Below are positions 51,701 through 55,685 of a stretch of 55,685 bases of DNA, one piece after another. This stretch comes from Macrostomum lignano (taxonomy: Eukaryota), in NCBI GenBank assembly GCA_002269645.1, contig NIVC01004200.1, positions 1 to 55,685 on the forward strand, written 5' to 3'. The stretch's first letter is position 1, and each line of letters starts with the position of its first letter. Under the pieces are notes generated by a model. It worked only from the letters and a program-made list of their open reading frames with translations, was not told where the DNA came from and searched no databases. The translations under genes were made by a program, and so were the position numbers.

Positions 51701-54700
51701 GGAATAATTTGCAGATTTTATTTTTGAAAAGTTGAGAAGGATATCCAAAGAAAGGGAGGACAAGAGTTGGTTCGTTGAGATCGATGGGATTGGCTTTAGC
51801 GCTAGGCTGATTGGGGATTTTCTCAGCGACGAATTTGTGAATGTGAGTGAATAAACGCACGAGGATAACCATTTTGTTGAAACATCCTGGTCAGAAAATT
51901 CACTTCTTGGTCAAAGTTAGTCCAGGTGTTACAGACACTGAAAGCTCTGTGGAGCAGACATCTAATCAGGCCAGATTTCCATTGTCTAGGACACAAAGCA
52001 TTGAAGTTGAGGATGAGATTGGTAAACGTGCTTTTTCGAAAAACTTTGGTCGAGAGGGTTCCGCAATTAAAATCAATGTCGAGGTCAAGGAACGGGAGCC
52101 TCTGGTCGCAAGCAACCTCAGAAGTGAACTGGATGTTAGTGTGCGTAGAGTTGAGAGCATCGAAGAAACGGTCAATTTTGTTCTTGTTATCGAAGATGGC
52201 GAAGGTATCGTCAACATAACGCCTGTAGAATTTGGGTGCGCAGTCAAGGGTCATCCAATCGTTGGTTTCCCTGTCTCATTGCCTATCTCAGAGGGGGCAC
52301 TGGATGTACATTATTATACTTCTAACTATTTCGACTACCATTCCGTCCCTGGACTTTGCCTCTCGACTTTTGGACCAATAAACATGTACTTTGAATATTG
52401 AATATTAAATATTGATTGAATTTACCCCAAAATTTTTGTATTTATTGCCGTTTTCACTCGTTTTTTTCGCTCAAAAAATAAACCTAGCCTGAAGATGCAC
52501 AGTTTCGTGCGAAACGTGTCGCTACAAATTTAATGTTGATTTTCGCCTTCCTATTAATCACATTATAAATTATTTTTTCTCATAAATCTACCTATTTTAC
52601 CTATCCGCTTCACATAGACTATACACGTCACAAGTAAATGCGTTTCACCGGCGAACATCATCACCAGAGTTTTGACGCTGTGAGCTCCTCTCGTTGGTCC
52701 GCCTGTTTGCAACTAGGACTTTATGTACTTAGTAAACTCGGAGCAGGGCAGTATTAGTACTCACATACTGCCCTGCACTTTTTTGGCCTTTCATTCACTG
52801 TCCTGGTACTCTTTGCAATCATTATAAACTACCTTAACTTTAAGCAATTAGGAGTACAAAATAAACTATCCTAAAAAAGATCCATTACATGACCTACTTG
52901 ATAGCGTCGGTGACTCTAGTGAAGCTGTAGTCGGAGGGCTTTTTGATCTTCCCGTCACGCCTTGACGCTGCTGCGTCAGAGGGCTGCGGAGAGTCGGAGG
53001 GCTGCTGGGCTTTAAACAGAGCCCACAGGATGCCAACGTCGACAGTTCCTTCTGGTAAGAACCGGAAGTGCACGCCGTCATGGCTATCAAAAATCTGCGG
53101 CTGGCAATTCTTTTTATTGGCGTCGCAAAATTTGACAAGCGAAGCCAGCAGGGCGTTGTGCGGCTCCAGCTGATTGCAATTCGCCATGATCAGGATGATG
53201 ACGAACTGGTGTAGGTATCTGTACCGTCTAGGTGAATCAAAAAACACTGCAAGTGTAAGCGGAAATGCAATAAAGTGTAAGCTTTGTTTTATGCAAAAGG
53301 GTTCAATTCCGCGTCATTCCAGATAATTATGGATGTAGTAATATTATAGTCTCTTTTATACATAAAAATAAAATGCATATGCATTCAGTACACTCCATTA
53401 GTTAATACAACACATAAATATACTTGCATTTGCTGTGAAAATCATGCATTAATTCGGCCGCCTCGCGGTGCGCCTCAGAGGGTACAGGGACGGCTTTTTT
53501 ATTCGCCGAGGCCTTCGCTGGTTTCGGACGACTCCCTTTACCTCGTCCTCGAGGACGTGACGTGCCAAATGAAGCATCAGTACACGGAGCTCCATCAGAG
53601 GGAGGAGCCTCAGTACACGGAGCTCCATCAGAGGGAGGAGACTCAGTACACGGAGCTCCATCAGAGGGAGGAGCCTCAGTACACGGAGCTCCATCAGAGG
53701 AGGAGACTCAGTACACGGAGCTCCATCAGAGAGAGGAGACTCAGTACACGGAGCTCCATCAGAGGGAGGAGCCTCAGTACACGGAGCTCCATCAGAGGGA
53801 GGAGCCTCAGTACACGGAGCTCCATCAGAGGGAGGAGCCTCAGTACACGGAGCTCCATCAGAGGGAGGAGCCTCAGTACACGGAGCTCCATCAGAGAGAG
53901 GAGACTCAGTACACGGAGCTCCATCAGAGGGAGGAGCCTCAGTACACGGAGCTCCATCAGAGGGAGGAGACTCAGTACACGGAGCTCCATCAGAGAGAGG
54001 AGCCTCAGTACACGGAGCTCCATCAGAGGGAGGAGACTCAGTACACGGAGCTCCATCAGAGAGAGGAGACTCAGTACACGGAGCTCCATCAGAGGGAGGA
54101 GCCTCAGTACACGGAGCTCCATCAGAGGGAGGAGCCTCAGTACACGGAGCTCCATCAGAGGGAGGAGCCTCAGTACACGGAGCTCCATCAGAGGGAGGAG
54201 CCTCAGTACACGGAGCTCCATCAGAGGGAGGAGCCTCAGTACACGGAGCTCCATCAGAGGGAGGAGCCTCAGTACACGGAGCTCCATCAGAGGGAGGAGC
54301 CTCAGTACACGGAGCTCCATCAGAGGGAGAGCCTCAGTACACGGAGCTCCATCAGAGGGAGGAGACTCAGTACACGGAGCTGAAACAGCCTGAAATGCAA
54401 CAAGTAAAATGTGATAATTACAAGGAACCATAGTTGGCGATAATTAAATTCACTTTTCATTACCGACATTGAGGGCCCGTAGTCATAGTATTCATTGTCA
54501 TTCTCAGACAGAAGCCCGCCAGCAACAGTGGTCTTGTCCAAAGGCTGCCTCACCAGAGGGTCCTGGAAAAGTGTCAATTGAAAACAGTAACTCGCTTAGC
54601 ATGACTGGACAACCATGACGCCGAATCAGTAAAATGCACAGCAGCCTGAAACTCACTGCATCCTTGAGCCCGCCGACTTGTTGACCATCTATTAGAGGCT

Positions 54701-54806
54701 GCCACTCTTTCGGCTTCTGACCCCTGCTGGGCTCAGATTCGCACATTCGGTCCACACTCATTATGGCTGGCAAAGTGCTCTTGGCTGAGCAGTCTTTCTC
54801 GGGCTA
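48732..54806 (-). CDS. Multi-exon gene of unknown family with an 11-aa repeat exon; hand-built exons about 54806-54657, 54562-54464, 54389-53424, 53227-52898, 52702-52649, 51086-50934, 50742-50553, about 50113-49966, 48822-48732; 5' end uncertain
   Basis: Successive GT-AG junctions are phase-consistent (0,0,2,2,2,2,0). The model needs three single-base insertions (about 54329, 53700, 49967), all in G/C runs. Basic NLS-like motifs RKNFRKRKR and PPAKKLK. Confidence 0.6.
49415..49699 (-). mobile_element. tRNA-headed SINE-like element
   Basis: Reverse strand shows A-box TAGCCCAGCGG and B-box-like GGCTCGATTCC; the acceptor stem does not pair. The body is repeated without a head at 49820-49925 and 50810-50900. 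Confidence 0.65.
50201..50418. mobile_element. MITE with TTGCCCGC subterminal repeats
   Basis: Flanking direct repeat TAAAAGACG (50192-50200, 50419-50427); inverted TTGCCCGCCGAGATTTG/CAAATCTCGGCGGGCAA. Confidence 0.75.
51151..52559 (-). mobile_element. 5'-truncated Penelope-like retroelement (RT C-terminus plus GIY-YIG endonuclease) with inverted terminal repeat, inside a host intron
   Basis: KFYRRYVDDTF, LPFLD, VFRKSTFT and NGYP RT/thumb motifs; GVVYQFNC...SYVGKTKRHLHTRIREH...LEALCI GIY-YIG domain. Frameshifted. 51151-51297 is the reverse complement of 52290-52559 apart from one 147-bp gap and a short duplication. Confidence 0.92.
52485..52524 (+). ncRNA. Minimal type I hammerhead ribozyme
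   Basis: Helix I TAGC(52485-88)/GCTA(52521-24); core CTGAAGA (52489-95) plus one extra T; helix II GCAC/GTGC with AGTTTC loop; GAAAC (52511-15); short helix III AC-gt-GT; cleavage triplet GTC (after 52520). Located in a Penelope terminal repeat, where such ribozymes are known. Confidence 0.85.
53577..54380. repeat. 33-bp tandem repeat, about 24 copies, probably coding (APCTEAPPSDG on minus strand)
   Basis: Unit CAGTACACGGAGCTCCATCAGAGGGAGGAGCCT with GAGACT and AGAGAG variants; two units are one G short. Confidence 0.95.
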
Positions 54807-55685
54807 AAACAGCGGGTGCAGTTTGTGAGCAAGTCAGGGCCGGAAGCTAAAGCTGAAGAAGATGCTAAAGGCGCGGTGGGGACGCTTAGCTCATACAGTG
54901 TATGCTTTTCCGATGCTTCAGTGGGAGGTGACTCAATTTTCGTGCTCAAAATAAATCTTCAGTTTATATTTATATTTGATTTAAAAGTTGGACTACAGCT
55001 TCACTTAACATATAAAATTAGCAATATTCATATAATTCTACTGGCATAGCAGCAGGCAGTGGTTCTGATTTGAAAATTTCAGGCTAGATGAGCAGGGCCC
55101 ATTATCCAGAACTTCTGAGATGTCCTTACAGTTCTGAAATAAAAACAATAATAATTAATGTATTACTTCAAACACAACACTTAATTTAAAAAAAGACAAT
55201 ATTAAACTTACAAGCAATGGAAGTTCACTATTTTCTGATGAAACCAGAAATTTACTAGCAAACTTGTCAGTGAAATTGACATCCTTGGGAACATGGTCAA
55301 CCTTGTGATAATCAGTAACCATGGTACTTAATATAAAAATTGAACTTCTGATTCTGTAATTTAAATTAATGCAAGTATGTTTATTTATATTTGCTAAATA
55401 ATGCACCAATATAAAAAGAATGGCCACAATGCAGCAGATTATATAGAACTTCAATTACTTTAACGAAGCCTACATTTAATTTTTAAATAAATATAAAACT
55501 TTACCTCTAAGTATATATCTTAGAGGTGCTAACAAAGTTGGCAAACACAAATTCGGCAACAGAGATTCACATGGACAAATTTGGCAAAAAGCAAATTTGG
55601 CAACAACCTAGGCAATTTGTTCCATTTAATGAAGGAAAAGGAATCATGTATAATTTTGGAAATTCCTTAAGTACAATGGTATTAA

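Noticed and set aside
54504-54560. GQDHCC in ORF 54504-54773 as a third DHCC motif
   Set aside because: The splice-phase model reads this exon in another frame (DPLVRQPLDK...).

Overview
Eukaryotic (animal) genomic DNA: spliceosomal GT-AG introns, GC-rich exons, AT-rich spacers and a very high load of tandem repeats. The style suggests a flatworm such as Macrostomum (inference only). Host genes: an Nck/Dock adaptor (SH3-SH3-SH3-SH2, 4 coding exons), an intronless divergent class A GPCR, a 4-exon tetraspanin, a 5-exon TatD nuclease (TATDN3-like), a SOSS-C/INIP homologue, and a long multi-exon gene of unknown family whose largest exon is an 11-aa tandem repeat. Mobile DNA: a decayed CACTA/EnSpm element (transposase plus divergent DUF4806-like gene, the latter split by a non-LTR RNase H fragment with a 12-bp TSD), a second internally deleted CACTA element with TIRs and a 2-bp TSD, several MITEs, two tRNA-derived SINEs, and an intronic Penelope-like retroelement with an inverted terminal repeat. 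Most striking: that Penelope element keeps a complete minimal hammerhead ribozyme only in the repeat copy antisense to the host gene. The copy that would lie in the host pre-mRNA lacks a 147-bp segment containing the ribozyme. All coordinates and splice models were derived by hand; no database searches were run.
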